NCBI GenBank assembly: GCA_005222975.1
Contig: NJBI01000034.1
Location: forward strand, 1 to 38,318
DNA from: Promethearchaeota archaeon Loki_b31
GTDB taxonomy: Archaea > Asgardarchaeota > Lokiarchaeia > Sigyniarchaeales > SOKP01
Direction of reading: 5' to 3'
Length of the DNA stretch: 38,318 nucleotides
The notes below the pieces were generated by a model. The model did no database searches, was not told where the DNA came from, and saw only the letters and a program-made list of their open reading frames with translations. Below, one piece after another: positions 18,536 through 28,913 of the stretch; position 1 is the stretch's first letter; every line of letters begins with the position of its first letter. The position numbers were made by a program, and so were the translations under genes.

Positions 18536-19243
18536 TTAGTTTGATATAGTAGTACCAATAATCTCTTTTTCATTATCCCAAAATTTTTTAAATTGAATTA
18601 ACTTTTTTCCTGAAATTACCATTATTGTAATTTTACTTCTTTTTAATATTTGTAAAGAAACTGCATCAAAAATCCTATACTCTCCCGCAGCTGCTTGCTT
18701 ATCTCCTGATGAATGTAAAATTATATCTCGTAATTTATCATAAGAAAGATTTTTAATCAATTTTGCATCTTTAAAGAGTTTTGGATCTTTATCAAATATA
18801 CCTTCTACATCTGTGAGGATTATTAACTTGTTTGCATTTATATATTCTGCAACTTCGATAGCTACGGAAGTTGTCGATTGACCCAGTTGTAAACCACCCA
18901 TTACTACAATTTTATGAGTTAGAATCGCAATTGATAACTCTTCAATTGATTTTGGTACTTGGGGGTAAGCAAATTCTTTCAAATTGGAAATAATTAATCG
19001 AGAATTTATACGCGAAATATCAATTCCAATCAAATCACATAAAGCTTCATTCTGAGTAAAATCTCTTATAACATCAATGTATTCCCTCGCTATTATTCCT
19101 CCTCCACATACAATAACAATGGAATCGTATTCTTTATCATTTTTAACTATATTACAAAATTCAGTAATTCTTTTAGAATTTATCGTTTTCCCTTCAGAAA
19201 ATAAAAGAGAACCCCCAATCTTTATCACAATATTCTTATTCAT
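18536..19243 (-). CDS. pyrH: uridylate kinase
   Basis: VIKIGGS, VCGGGIIAREYI, D.IGI..SR.N, GQSTTSVA, TDVEGIFDKDP. Confidence 0.93.
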   Translation of the reverse strand: MNKNIVIKIGGSLLFSEGKTINSKRITEFCNIVKNDKEYDSIVIVCGGGIIAREYIDVIRDFTQNEALCDLIGIDISRINSRLIISNLKEFAYPQVPKSIEELSIAILTHKIVVMGGLQLGQSTTSVAIEVAEYINANKLIILTDVEGIFDKDPKLFKDAKLIKNLSYDKLRDIILHSSGDKQAAAGEYRIFDAVSLQILKRSKITIMVISGKKLIQFKKFWDNEKEIIGTTISN

Positions 19244-19318
19244 AATAAAATATAATTGATTTTTATTTTTTAATAATATATATATAATTGAATTGATAAA
19301 TTTGATTATTCAAGGAAC

Positions 19319-20272
19319 ATGGCTAATACGACAAATAAAATTACAGTTGAAGTTCCACATCGTATTTCTGGCTTTTTTGAGATTGTAGATAAAAAAAATG
19401 GCAATATAATTAACAACCCTGAACAAATTGGTTCTCGAGGAGCCGGATTTAACGTAAGTGGGAAAGGAAGAACAGATTTATCATTTGAAAACTTAGAAAA
19501 GGGTAAAGAAAGTTGTTGTACAATTTATATTAATGAAGAAAAGTTTGATAAAAAAGCAGAAACAACATGTTTTATCTTTGATTATGTTAAAAAATTGATA
19601 AAAGTTCCCGTTAAAGTTAAAATTGAACATTTTTTCGATTTACCCGTTGGATGCGGATATGGCGCAAGTGGTTCAGGTGCATTAGGAACGATTTTTGGGT
19701 TGAACAAACTATTTAATCTACACTTAGACGATTTAGAAAACGGAAAGATTGCCCATATTGCAGAAGTTGTAAAAAAAACAGGATTAGGAACCGTTTGTGG
19801 TCAATTAGGAAGAGGTCTATGTATATTAAAGGAACCGGGTTATCCTTGCACCTATGAGCGCTTAAAAAGTCCTAATGATCTTTTAGTGATTTGTGGTTCT
19901 TTTGGAACGATACTTACAAAATCAATCTTATCAGATGCAAGTTTGAGTTCAAAAATAAAACGAGCTGGTAAGATTGCCTTAAATAAATTAATGTTAGAGC
20001 CTAATTATAGAAATTTTATTAAGGTTTCATTTCAATTTGTAGAAGAGTCAGAGATATTGAATATTTTACATTTAGATAGAATTAGGGAATTATTAAATGA
20101 TTTACATAAATTAAATATCATAGGTGCCAGTATGAATCAATTAGGACGCTCAATTTATATATTTTGCAAAAAAGGAAAAGAAAACGAGGTTCTTGAAGTT
20201 TTAAATACATATAAACCAGAAATATTAATATTTAAATTAACTATTAATAACAGAAATACAATCTCTTTTTAA
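19319..20272 (+). CDS. pantoate kinase (GHMP family)
   Basis: VPHRISGFF, GSRGAG, LPVGCGYGASGSGALG, AHIAEV..KTGLGTV, ASMNQLG. Confidence 0.88.
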   Translation: MANTTNKITVEVPHRISGFFEIVDKKNGNIINNPEQIGSRGAGFNVSGKGRTDLSFENLEKGKESCCTIYINEEKFDKKAETTCFIFDYVKKLIKVPVKVKIEHFFDLPVGCGYGASGSGALGTIFGLNKLFNLHLDDLENGKIAHIAEVVKKTGLGTVCGQLGRGLCILKEPGYPCTYERLKSPNDLLVICGSFGTILTKSILSDASLSSKIKRAGKIALNKLMLEPNYRNFIKVSFQFVEESEILNILHLDRIRELLNDLHKLNIIGASMNQLGRSIYIFCKKGKENEVLEVLNTYKPEILIFKLTINNRNTISF

Positions 20273-20277
20273 AACAA

Positions 20278-21102
20278 TTAATTTTTATTTTTTGCAGAAT
20301 TTAATGATTTTGATTTTATTGTAGCTGATTCTACTGCTCTAATCATGGTTGCTCTCAATTTAGCTGATTCAATTTCATGTATTGCAGTGATCGTCGTTCC
20401 TCCAGGAGTGGCTACCATATCTTTCAGTTCCCCGGGGTGTTTACTTGTTTCTAATAATAATTTTGCAGAACCTAAAACAGTTTGAGCAGCTAATTTTAGA
20501 GATACGGCTCTAGGTAAGCCCATTTTCACGCCACCATCAGCTAGTGCTTCAATAATAATAAAAATATAAGCGGGACCGCTTCCAGATAGTCCTGTAACCG
20601 CATCTAAATGAGTTTCATCTAATTCTACTACTATACCAACAGCATTAAAAAGTTTTTTAACAAAGTCTATTTGGTATTCTTTGATGTTTTCGTTGTATGC
20701 TATTGCCGTTGCTGCAGCACCTATAAGTGCTGGAGTGTTTGTCATAATTCTTATTAATCCTATTGGATTATTAATAAATTTATTAATGTGAGTAAGAGAA
20801 ATTCCCGCTGCTATAGAAATAATTGTTTGTTGTTCTGTAATTATTGGCCCAATTTCACGCAAAACGGTATCTATTACTTGAGGAATAACAGCAATTAAAA
20901 CATATTTGGATGAGCACACTAAATCCGCATTACTTTCAGCAATCTCAACATTAAATTCCTTAGAGCGTATATTTCTTTTGTCTTCATCTATATCAAAAAT
21001 AATAATTTCATTTTTATCAAGAGTATTCGTAGAAATTAATCTCTTTAATAAGGCAGAACCGATTTTTCCAATACCGATAATTCCTAATTCTTTATTGTAC
21101 AT
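20278..21102 (-). CDS. proC: pyrroline-5-carboxylate reductase
   Basis: GIIGIGKIG, ISIAAG, TGLSGSGPAY, LKDMVATPGGTTI. Confidence 0.96.
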   Translation of the reverse strand: MYNKELGIIGIGKIGSALLKRLISTNTLDKNEIIIFDIDEDKRNIRSKEFNVEIAESNADLVCSSKYVLIAVIPQVIDTVLREIGPIITEQQTIISIAAGISLTHINKFINNPIGLIRIMTNTPALIGAAATAIAYNENIKEYQIDFVKKLFNAVGIVVELDETHLDAVTGLSGSGPAYIFIIIEALADGGVKMGLPRAVSLKLAAQTVLGSAKLLLETSKHPGELKDMVATPGGTTITAIHEIESAKLRATMIRAVESATIKSKSLNSAKNKN

Positions 21103-21188
21103 AAATTTAGTTTATTAATGTAACCAAAATAATATTATTAAATAGAACGATTATTTAAAAAATTTAAAAGGCGTTTCTCAGATAATAT

Positions 21189-21713
21189 TCAATTAAATAC
21201 GTCATTAAGATTATTTGCTATAAATTCAGAGGATCTAATTCCGAAATCGTTCCATAAATTAATTTCTAAAATAATTTTATCTTTCACTTTATTAATTTGA
21301 TGAAACTTATTATATTGAAAAAATTGAATCCCTTTTTTATATTTATGAGGTAATTCTACAAAAATAGAAGCAATTCCTTTTTTTTTTTGAATGGTTAAGT
21401 AGTTTATTAATATTTTTTTTCCAATATGGTTTTTCCTGAAATTTGGATTTACATATATTAAATAGAGATTCGTTTTAGGCACAATTTTTTCTAATGAATC
21501 AACCTTGTGATTTTTTTCTTCCGCAACTAAAATTCCCACTAAAAGTTTCTTATAATATGCCGTTAATGTAAAATATTTGCGATTTAAAAAATTGATTTTA
21601 AAATCTTCAATTAGTTGTAAAAATTCTTTAGCACACAGATTCAAGTCAATTAAATCTTCTTTATTTGCTTCTTTTATACTGATATCTGAATCGTCTATTT
21701 GAAATTCTCTCAT
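21189..21713 (-). CDS. GNAT family N-acetyltransferase
   Basis: Motif A IYVNPNFRKNHIGKKIL and motif B GIQFFQYNKF. Confidence 0.75.
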   Translation of the reverse strand: MREFQIDDSDISIKEANKEDLIDLNLCAKEFLQLIEDFKINFLNRKYFTLTAYYKKLLVGILVAEEKNHKVDSLEKIVPKTNLYLIYVNPNFRKNHIGKKILINYLTIQKKKGIASIFVELPHKYKKGIQFFQYNKFHQINKVKDKIILEINLWNDFGIRSSEFIANNLNDVFN

Positions 21714-21720
21714 AAACGGC

Positions 21721-22461
21721 TTAATTGTATAATTCCGATTTTAATTCTTCAATAAGATAACCTTTAATCATTCCATGATTTCTGTCATATCCTTCACAAA
21801 CCACGCTCCTAACGCCAATTAAATCGGGTGAGATCTCTTTTATTTTAGGGATTGAATCTTTCAATAAGTTTCCAGCAAGAGCAACTTCAAGGTTTAACTC
21901 TTTTGATTTATCTCTAAACTGTTTTAATTGTTTAACATTTAAAAAATCGAACAAATTTTTTCCATCTTTGATGTATGTATCAAGCATTGCAATATCAGAA
22001 CCAGATTTTTCTGCGATAGTGGGGATGGATAAAAAATCTGGTGATGAATTCATCCGTATTCTATCAGCATAACCCGCTACGACGATCTTTATATCCATAT
22101 CATAATCTTTTACAGCTTTTACAACTTTAGTCATTAAATTAATGCCTTCTTTTTCGGTATTTGGACCTTTAAGCCCCACTTTAATAATATCTGCCCCCGA
22201 TACTGCAGCACCTAGAGCAGCTAACGAAGCTGAACCAGGTAAATTAGGAAAATCTCCAATAGTTGCGCTCAATAATTGAGAGCTATTAGGAGGAATTAGG
22301 CTTTTCATTTTTTTTATAATCCAAGGAAAATTTGCTCCAAGAGAACCTTCGCTTGGATTTTTGCAATCGATATAATTCACATCTTTATATTGAACTATAA
22401 CCTTTGCTTCCTCAATATCTTTAGGGCTTATCAACAATTTGATTCTTTTTTGCATAATCAC
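21721..22461 (-). CDS. mfnB: (5-formylfuran-3-yl)methyl phosphate synthase (methanofuran biosynthesis)
   Basis: LLISP...EA, IDCKNPSEGSLGANFPW, SATIGD, IKVGL, AGYAD, MLDTYIKDG, ALAG, IGVRSVVC. Confidence 0.93.
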   Translation of the reverse strand: MIMQKRIKLLISPKDIEEAKVIVQYKDVNYIDCKNPSEGSLGANFPWIIKKMKSLIPPNSSQLLSATIGDFPNLPGSASLAALGAAVSGADIIKVGLKGPNTEKEGINLMTKVVKAVKDYDMDIKIVVAGYADRIRMNSSPDFLSIPTIAEKSGSDIAMLDTYIKDGKNLFDFLNVKQLKQFRDKSKELNLEVALAGNLLKDSIPKIKEISPDLIGVRSVVCEGYDRNHGMIKGYLIEELKSELYN

Positions 22462-22630
22462 TCAAATTTAAATGTAATTTTGAATGGAACGATTAGAATT
22501 TACTTATTTAATAAATAAATGCGTTTAATAATAGATCTTTTATATTATCAAGCTAAAATATTTTTTTATTTTTAGATATTTGGAATTAAATTAAAACATA
22601 TAAAGAACAAATGATATAAAAATTTAAATT

Positions 22631-24661
22631 CTTAAGTTCATAAGTTATTCTTTTTTTTAATAATTTTATTCTTTTTTCTTTAAGCTTTCATTCGACATAA
22701 TTCTATTTTATTAACGTATTAAATTCTACATAAAGGCTGCTTCCATTGTAGTATTACTGTTTCATATTACGGAAATAGGTGTCTTTATATTTCTTTCACG
22801 ATGTATACACTAACTATTATAATTAACTAAAAACAATTGCCTCAGTAAAAACACTTTATTTCGCTAAATTTAAATAATTGTATACACTAATATATATTAT
22901 ATGGTTCATTTAGTAAAAAAAAGAATTAAAGGCAATATATATCTTTATCTCGAGGAGACTGCTCGGATCAATGGGAAACCAACACGTGTTTGGCAAAAAT
23001 ATTTAGGTCCTGAAGCAAAAATGAAGGAACAGACGGAATTCCAATTAAAACCGGAATTCACGGTTGCAACTCTCGATTTTGGATTTCCACTAGTTCTAAT
23101 CCAACTCATAAAACAACTCGAACTTATCGAAATAATCAACGATTGCACGGGAAAACGAGAACAAGGGTTATCTATTGGACACTACATCGCGTTGGCGGTC
23201 ATAAATCGCTGTGTAAAGCCCACTTCTAAGGCGAAAATCCGCCGCTGGTTTGAAAATACGGTACTTTTCAAGGAATTCCCGCCCATTGAGACTTATTTAG
23301 ATTCGATGGCGTATACTAACCATTTCAAATATTTAACACCGGACGTCATTGATAAGATCGAAACACGAATCCATTTAAAACTTTTAAAAGATTTTGGGGT
23401 GGACATGAAGACTTTGTTCTACGATCCTACCAATTTCTTCACGTACATCAATCCTAAGCCCGGTATGAAACTTCCCAGGCACGGTCATTCTAAAGAAGGG
23501 CGAAATACGCTCAATCTTGTCGGGCTGACGCTTTTTTGTACTAAAGATGGTGCTTTACCCGTGATGCACGAGGTTTATCCTGGAAACGTTCAGGACGCCC
23601 GACTATTTCGTGAAGAAATATCTCGATTACTTGAAAGACTTAAACGCATTGGTGTGAACGCTCAGGAATTGTGCTTGGTGTTTGACAAGGGAAATATCTC
23701 TGAAGATGCGTTTGAGCAAATAAACAAATCTGGCATTCGCTTTGTTGCGTCAATCCGTCCCAGCACGCAAAAAGACCTCGTTGCTTTAACGCCTATAGAT
23801 TTCACGTTGGAAGAATTACCTAACGGAAAGGAAGTAGGCGTGCTTGAGTACGATCGCACGATTTACGGTCCAAACGACAGGCTCCTTGTAGTGTATAACC
23901 CGCGGCGGAGGGAATGGCAAGAAAAAAACCTTAAAGCGAAGCTTGAGAAACGCATTTCCGACGTTAACACCTTTTTTAAAGAGCGGCTAAACGTTAAGAA
24001 ATGGAGAGACCTGAATGCTGTTGAAAAAAAGATTCGGAATATTATTAAGACTAAGAAATACCTCAATTTGCTTAATTATTCGGTTTCTGGTACACACGCT
24101 AATGTTAAATACTCGATTAAAATAAACAAAAAAGCCTTAAACGCCCATTTAGATACTCTTGGTAAGAGTTTTCTTCTTTCGAATCATCCTGACATGATGC
24201 CTCTCGAAATAGTTTGGCTATATCGGCAGCAATACACAGTGGAGCGGGCGTTTAAGTATATAAAAACACCATCCATGCTCTCTGTCAAGCCCATGTTCCA
24301 TCGAACGGACGATAGTATAAGAGGTCATTTATTCACTTGCGTTCTTGGCCTATTACTCTTGACTCTTCTAGCTCGAAAGGTTCAGAACGAATTCAAGAAA
24401 ATAAGCCTTCCGAAAATTGTAGAAACACTCTCAGAACTCGAATTAGCCGTAATAAAGTACGAGGGATCCAAGCAAACTATTAAAAAAATTGTCGATGTAT
24501 CAAAAGAAGCAGAAGAATTGTCCAAATTTTTGGAGCTCGAAGCTTACATCTAAATTAGATTTTTGTACCCCCTAACTTTTTTGTCACTCCTTTAAAGGAT
24601 GACATCTTTTATAGCTACAGAGAGAAAAAGTTATGAAGAAGTAATAACTTATAAACTCAAG
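22631..24661 (+). mobile_element. complete IS1634-family insertion sequence
   Basis: Imperfect terminal inverted repeats CTTAAGTTCATAAGTTATT (22631-22649) and AATAACTTATAAACTCAAG (24643-24661), 17/19 match; flanking 5-bp direct repeat AAATT (22626-22630, 24662-24666). Confidence 0.92.
22901..24553 (+). CDS. IS1634-family DDE transposase
   Basis: KKRIKGNIYLYL..TARINGKP...WQKYLG, FYDPTNF, GHSKEGR, VFDKG, YRQQYTVERAFKYIK, IRGHLFTCVLGL; more GC-rich than its flanks. Confidence 0.95.
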   Translation: MVHLVKKRIKGNIYLYLEETARINGKPTRVWQKYLGPEAKMKEQTEFQLKPEFTVATLDFGFPLVLIQLIKQLELIEIINDCTGKREQGLSIGHYIALAVINRCVKPTSKAKIRRWFENTVLFKEFPPIETYLDSMAYTNHFKYLTPDVIDKIETRIHLKLLKDFGVDMKTLFYDPTNFFTYINPKPGMKLPRHGHSKEGRNTLNLVGLTLFCTKDGALPVMHEVYPGNVQDARLFREEISRLLERLKRIGVNAQELCLVFDKGNISEDAFEQINKSGIRFVASIRPSTQKDLVALTPIDFTLEELPNGKEVGVLEYDRTIYGPNDRLLVVYNPRRREWQEKNLKAKLEKRISDVNTFFKERLNVKKWRDLNAVEKKIRNIIKTKKYLNLLNYSVSGTHANVKYSIKINKKALNAHLDTLGKSFLLSNHPDMMPLEIVWLYRQQYTVERAFKYIKTPSMLSVKPMFHRTDDSIRGHLFTCVLGLLLLTLLARKVQNEFKKISLPKIVETLSELELAVIKYEGSKQTIKKIVDVSKEAEELSKFLELEAYI

Positions 24662-24707
24662 AAATTAAATAATTATTATTAAATATCAAAAAAATCATGA
24701 ATTTATT

Positions 24708-25238
24708 ATGTCCCCAAAAGAAATCACAAAAGTAGACATAACAAACGAAGTATTTAGAGAGCCATTTGAAGTTATTAAACAAATATCCTTAAATTTAGAC
24801 TGGTTAAAATATACTAAAGTTATTCAAACATTTGTAATGGAAGATCGAAGATTGAACCTCTCTTTAGAAAATCAAGGATCCAGTTATTTCAAGGGCAAGG
24901 TTGTTTGGATTGGCAATAAAAAGGATGATAGCGAAGGAACTATCTTTTGCGTTGATACTAAAACGGAATTAAAACAGATTAATCCTACTGCCGAAAATAC
25001 TGAAAACGTTGTGCTTGATATAAAAAAGGAAATTATTAGAATATCTACTGCATCCAAAACGAAATGTACAGTTTGTGGAAAGAACATTGAAATTTTCGAT
25101 GAAGTGACTGGTTGTCCAATTTGTGAAGCGAGAGCCCATAAAGGACATTTCATAGATTGGGTTAGAATGAAACATGCTTGTCCAGTTTGTAAAAAGTCTT
25201 TAAATGTATCAAGTTCTGGTGTGATTTTTATTGATTAA
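24708..25238 (+). CDS. protein with C-terminal RING-H2-like zinc finger
   Basis: CTVC-x12-CPIC-x4-HKGH...W...CPVC. Confidence 0.75.
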   Translation: MSPKEITKVDITNEVFREPFEVIKQISLNLDWLKYTKVIQTFVMEDRRLNLSLENQGSSYFKGKVVWIGNKKDDSEGTIFCVDTKTELKQINPTAENTENVVLDIKKEIIRISTASKTKCTVCGKNIEIFDEVTGCPICEARAHKGHFIDWVRMKHACPVCKKSLNVSSSGVIFID

Positions 25239-25978
25239 CTTAGATTAAACTTTCTTATTTTATCAATATTAATAGTTCCATCGTGTAAAGCGGTCCCTAT
25301 TAGAACTCCTGAGAAATTATGCTTATTATATAATTTGATATCATCCATATCCTTAATTCCTCCTCCAACTATAATATTTCCCTTAAATTCATCCCTTATT
25401 TCTTGATATAACTGCGGGATTCCACCTAACTTTTGTCCTACTTTATAAAGATCAAGTAGAATTATTTTTTCAACACCTAAATTTTCAATCTTCTTTATAA
25501 TATCAATTAGTTTCTGGTTTTGTAATTCTTTTATATTGGTTTGAATCAGTTCGTTGTACATATCTATACTTACAATGGTTTTATTCTTACCATAAACTTT
25601 TAAACATTTAGAAATAACTTTTAAATTTTTTATCGTCTCTAATCCTAAAATTAATGTATCTATGTTATATTTGGAATATATTTTAACATTCTTTATAGAC
25701 AAAATTCCTGGATCAATAATGATTTTAACATTTGGTATGGTTAAAATTTTTTCTAATAACTTAAAATTAGGCTCTTTTTTGATTATTGCATCTAAATCGG
25801 CAATATATATATCATTGATTTCATAATCATCTTTCAATTTTTTAATTATTTTTATTGGATCACAGTTATTTATCCAAACTGCCTTTAACGGTTTATATTT
25901 CTCTCGTTCTCCTTTTATGGCATGGACTGCTTCAGAATTTAACACATCAATTACGGGTATGATCTTAAAACTACTCAT
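25235..25978 (-). CDS. HisA/HisF-related TIM-barrel protein
   Basis: IIPVIDV....VHAIKGEREKYKP, YIADLDAI, LGLET, VSIDM, LLDL.KVG, VGGGI, LIGTALH. Confidence 0.88.
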   Translation of the reverse strand: MSSFKIIPVIDVLNSEAVHAIKGEREKYKPLKAVWINNCDPIKIIKKLKDDYEINDIYIADLDAIIKKEPNFKLLEKILTIPNVKIIIDPGILSIKNVKIYSKYNIDTLILGLETIKNLKVISKCLKVYGKNKTIVSIDMYNELIQTNIKELQNQKLIDIIKKIENLGVEKIILLDLYKVGQKLGGIPQLYQEIRDEFKGNIIVGGGIKDMDDIKLYNKHNFSGVLIGTALHDGTINIDKIRKFNLS

Positions 25979-26142
25979 CTTTTCGACTTACAATTTTTAT
26001 TTTTTCTAAGACAAAATCAACAAATTACCAATATGAAATACCCTTTTTTTTTTTAAATAGTGATTAATTAATTATTAAATAGTTTTATTTTTATAGTATT
26101 AATTCTAAAATTATCTTTGAATAAACAAACCTTTTTAAAATA

Positions 26143-27867
26143 GTGAAAGAAATGAAAACGGAAGCATATATTAATAAAATTATTGAGGATACTGGTCTAT
26201 CTAGAACTGATATTCAAAGCTTAGTAGAAGAGAAAAAAGAAGAATTAAAGGGTTTAATCTCAGACGAAGGAGCTTTGTTTGTAATCGCTAAAGAGTTAGG
26301 TGTAGATGTGACGAGTGAAAGTAAGGAACTCTTGAATGAAATTGAGTTAAATATCTCAGATATTATATTAAATATGAAAAATATAGTGATAGTCGGTAGA
26401 ATTAAGGATATATTTCATGTTAATAGTTTCAAAAAAAGCAGCGGAGAAACTGGACATGTAGGATCGTTTTTGTTGCATGATAATACAGGGGATATCCGAA
26501 TTGTTTTATGGGATGAGCAAGTGAGCATTTTTAAAGATGAACGCTTTGAAAAAAATGAGATTGTTAAAATCCTTAATGGTACCGCGAAAAATGGAAGAAA
26601 TGGTGGAATTGAAATTCATGTTGGAGGATTTAGCAAAATTGATTTGGCTCCTGAGGATGTTGATTATAAAAAATACCCAAAAATTAAAGAACAATTCGTA
26701 AAAATACAAGATATCAATGAAAATTTAGGATCTATATCGACTGAGGGAAAGGTAATGAACCGTTTCCCCGTAAAAGATTTCATTAGAAAAGATGGTCAAA
26801 ACGGTAGGGTAAGTTCTATAATACTGAGAGATTCGACGGGAAAAGTAAGAATTACTTTTTGGAACGAAGATATCGAAAAAATCGAAAATCTTGAAGTTGG
26901 TGATTTTATTTCGCTGACTAACCTAAATCCTAGAAAAAGCAACTATGCAGAAAACAGAATCGATGTGCACGCAAATTCGTGGACGAAAATAACTAAAAAA
27001 GATAAAGAATTGAATTTAGATGCAAAATTTATTGATAAAATCGTAAAACTTCAACAGGAGAAGGGTTACACTTCATTTCAAGGCGTTATTACTACAGTAG
27101 AAGACTTAAGAAAGATAACGCTAAAATCAGGAGACGAGGTATCTCTATTAAGTTTTATGGTAAGTGACGATACCGATAGCATAAGAATTACTGCATGGCG
27201 GGAAAAAGCAGATGAATTATCGAAGTCTCTAAAGATTGGAGAGGGCATTTCGTTAAAAAATGTTGAATTAAGATTTAGTAATTATTGGGAAAAAAATGAA
27301 GCAACAATTTCATTTGATTCAAGTTTAGATAAAATAGATTTAAAAATCTCAAATTTAAAAATTGCTAAAATCCCTACTAAAGAGAAAACTAGTTCTTTTT
27401 CGAAAAATTTCACAGAAATAAATTCGATTCAATCGTCTGGCTTTTTTGAAATTAAAGGTTTTATTTCAAATGAATTAAAGAACATCAGGTTCTATGAAGC
27501 ATGTACAAATTGTAGAAAAAAGATTGATAATTGTACTTGTGATAAAAAGGGAGATAGTAAAATGACAATGATAATCAATCATATCGTCGAGGATGAAAGC
27601 GGTAAGATTAGGGCTACTTTTATTGGAGAAGCTGCAGAGAAATTAGTTGGTACTAAGGCTGATTTAATTGTTAAAGTGAAAGATACTCCGGATTACGATA
27701 AATTGTTAGAGAAATTCTCCTCAGAACTCGTTGGAAGAGATATTATGATTAAAGGAAAAGTTAAATTTAATGATTATAGCGATTCATACGAATTAGTTGC
27801 TTCAAATTTCCAAGATATTAATGTAGAGGAAGAGTTAGAAAATAGAATAAATGAAATAATAAGTTAA
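26143..27867 (+). CDS. rpa: replication protein A (multi-OB-fold ssDNA-binding protein)
   Basis: GLISDEGALFVIAKELGV N-terminus; repeated D.TG.IR...W OB motifs; zinc-containing last OB fold (YEACTNC...C.C, DESGKIRATF). Confidence 0.92.
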   Translation: MKEMKTEAYINKIIEDTGLSRTDIQSLVEEKKEELKGLISDEGALFVIAKELGVDVTSESKELLNEIELNISDIILNMKNIVIVGRIKDIFHVNSFKKSSGETGHVGSFLLHDNTGDIRIVLWDEQVSIFKDERFEKNEIVKILNGTAKNGRNGGIEIHVGGFSKIDLAPEDVDYKKYPKIKEQFVKIQDINENLGSISTEGKVMNRFPVKDFIRKDGQNGRVSSIILRDSTGKVRITFWNEDIEKIENLEVGDFISLTNLNPRKSNYAENRIDVHANSWTKITKKDKELNLDAKFIDKIVKLQQEKGYTSFQGVITTVEDLRKITLKSGDEVSLLSFMVSDDTDSIRITAWREKADELSKSLKIGEGISLKNVELRFSNYWEKNEATISFDSSLDKIDLKISNLKIAKIPTKEKTSSFSKNFTEINSIQSSGFFEIKGFISNELKNIRFYEACTNCRKKIDNCTCDKKGDSKMTMIINHIVEDESGKIRATFIGEAAEKLVGTKADLIVKVKDTPDYDKLLEKFSSELVGRDIMIKGKVKFNDYSDSYELVASNFQDINVEEELENRINEIIS

Positions 27868-27950
27868 ATAAAACTTCTTCTAAGATATCTTTTATAATAA
27901 TTTTGGTTTCTAATTCATAATTAGATAAATTTAATTTATAAAAAGAAACA

Positions 27951-28886
27951 ATGAGACAAGTTGACATTGTCGGATTAGGGGAAATTGTTTTAGATTGGGT
28001 TACTGAAATACCACACTTTCCAAAACCTGACGAGAAAATTGATGCATTAAGCGAGAATTATTTCCCGGGTGGAGTTACAGCAAATTATTTGGTAGCTACT
28101 GCAAGATTAGGTGGTAAAAGTGGATTTATAGGTGCAGTTGGAGATGATTCTTACGGCGATTATTTAATTGAAGACTTTGTTAAAGAACATGTAGATACGA
28201 CCTATATTAAAAAAATAGTAGACAAGAAAACACCAGTCAATTTCATATTTGTTGCTAAAGGAGAAAAGACTATAATCCAATCACCTCATATGCAAACTAC
28301 TAAAATAGAGGGTAATGATTTAAATGAAGCTTACATAGCAAATTCTACACTTTTACATACTACAATTATTCATCAAAAAGTCACAGAAAAAGCCATCGAA
28401 ATTGCTAAAAAAAATAATGTTAAAATTAGCATAGATCTAGAATCCCAAATTGCCCTAAGAGGTTGGAATAATTTGAAAAAAGTGCTTTTAAAAGCTGATA
28501 TATTGCTTCCAAATAAGGAAGGAGCAAAGTCAATAACAAACAGTAATAAACCTGAAAAAGCGGCTGAAATTTTAGTGAAAAAAGGGATACCAATTGTTAT
28601 TATTACGTTAGGAAGTAATGGCGTATTAATAACTACCAACGAATTTCAAAAAAGGATACCTACATATGATATAAACAATATAATTGACACTGCTGGGGCT
28701 GGAGATACGTTCAACGGTGCATTTTCTTTAGCTTATTGGATAAAAGGTTGGGATTTGAAAAAATCCTGTAAATACGGTAATGCTGCAGCTTCTTTGAAGA
28801 TCCAAAAATTAGGTGCGAGAACTGGCATGCCTAAAGAAAAAGAGTTGCTAGATTTCTTAAAGAAGAATGATGATACTTTCTTATAA
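27951..28886 (+). CDS. PfkB family carbohydrate kinase
   Basis: PGGVTAN...ARLG...GAVGDD..G, PNKE, ITLGSNG, DTAGAGDTFNGAF. Confidence 0.93.
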   Translation: MRQVDIVGLGEIVLDWVTEIPHFPKPDEKIDALSENYFPGGVTANYLVATARLGGKSGFIGAVGDDSYGDYLIEDFVKEHVDTTYIKKIVDKKTPVNFIFVAKGEKTIIQSPHMQTTKIEGNDLNEAYIANSTLLHTTIIHQKVTEKAIEIAKKNNVKISIDLESQIALRGWNNLKKVLLKADILLPNKEGAKSITNSNKPEKAAEILVKKGIPIVIITLGSNGVLITTNEFQKRIPTYDINNIIDTAGAGDTFNGAFSLAYWIKGWDLKKSCKYGNAAASLKIQKLGARTGMPKEKELLDFLKKNDDTFL

Positions 28887-28913
28887 AGTTTATAGGTTTA
28901 ATAGTAGATTTCT

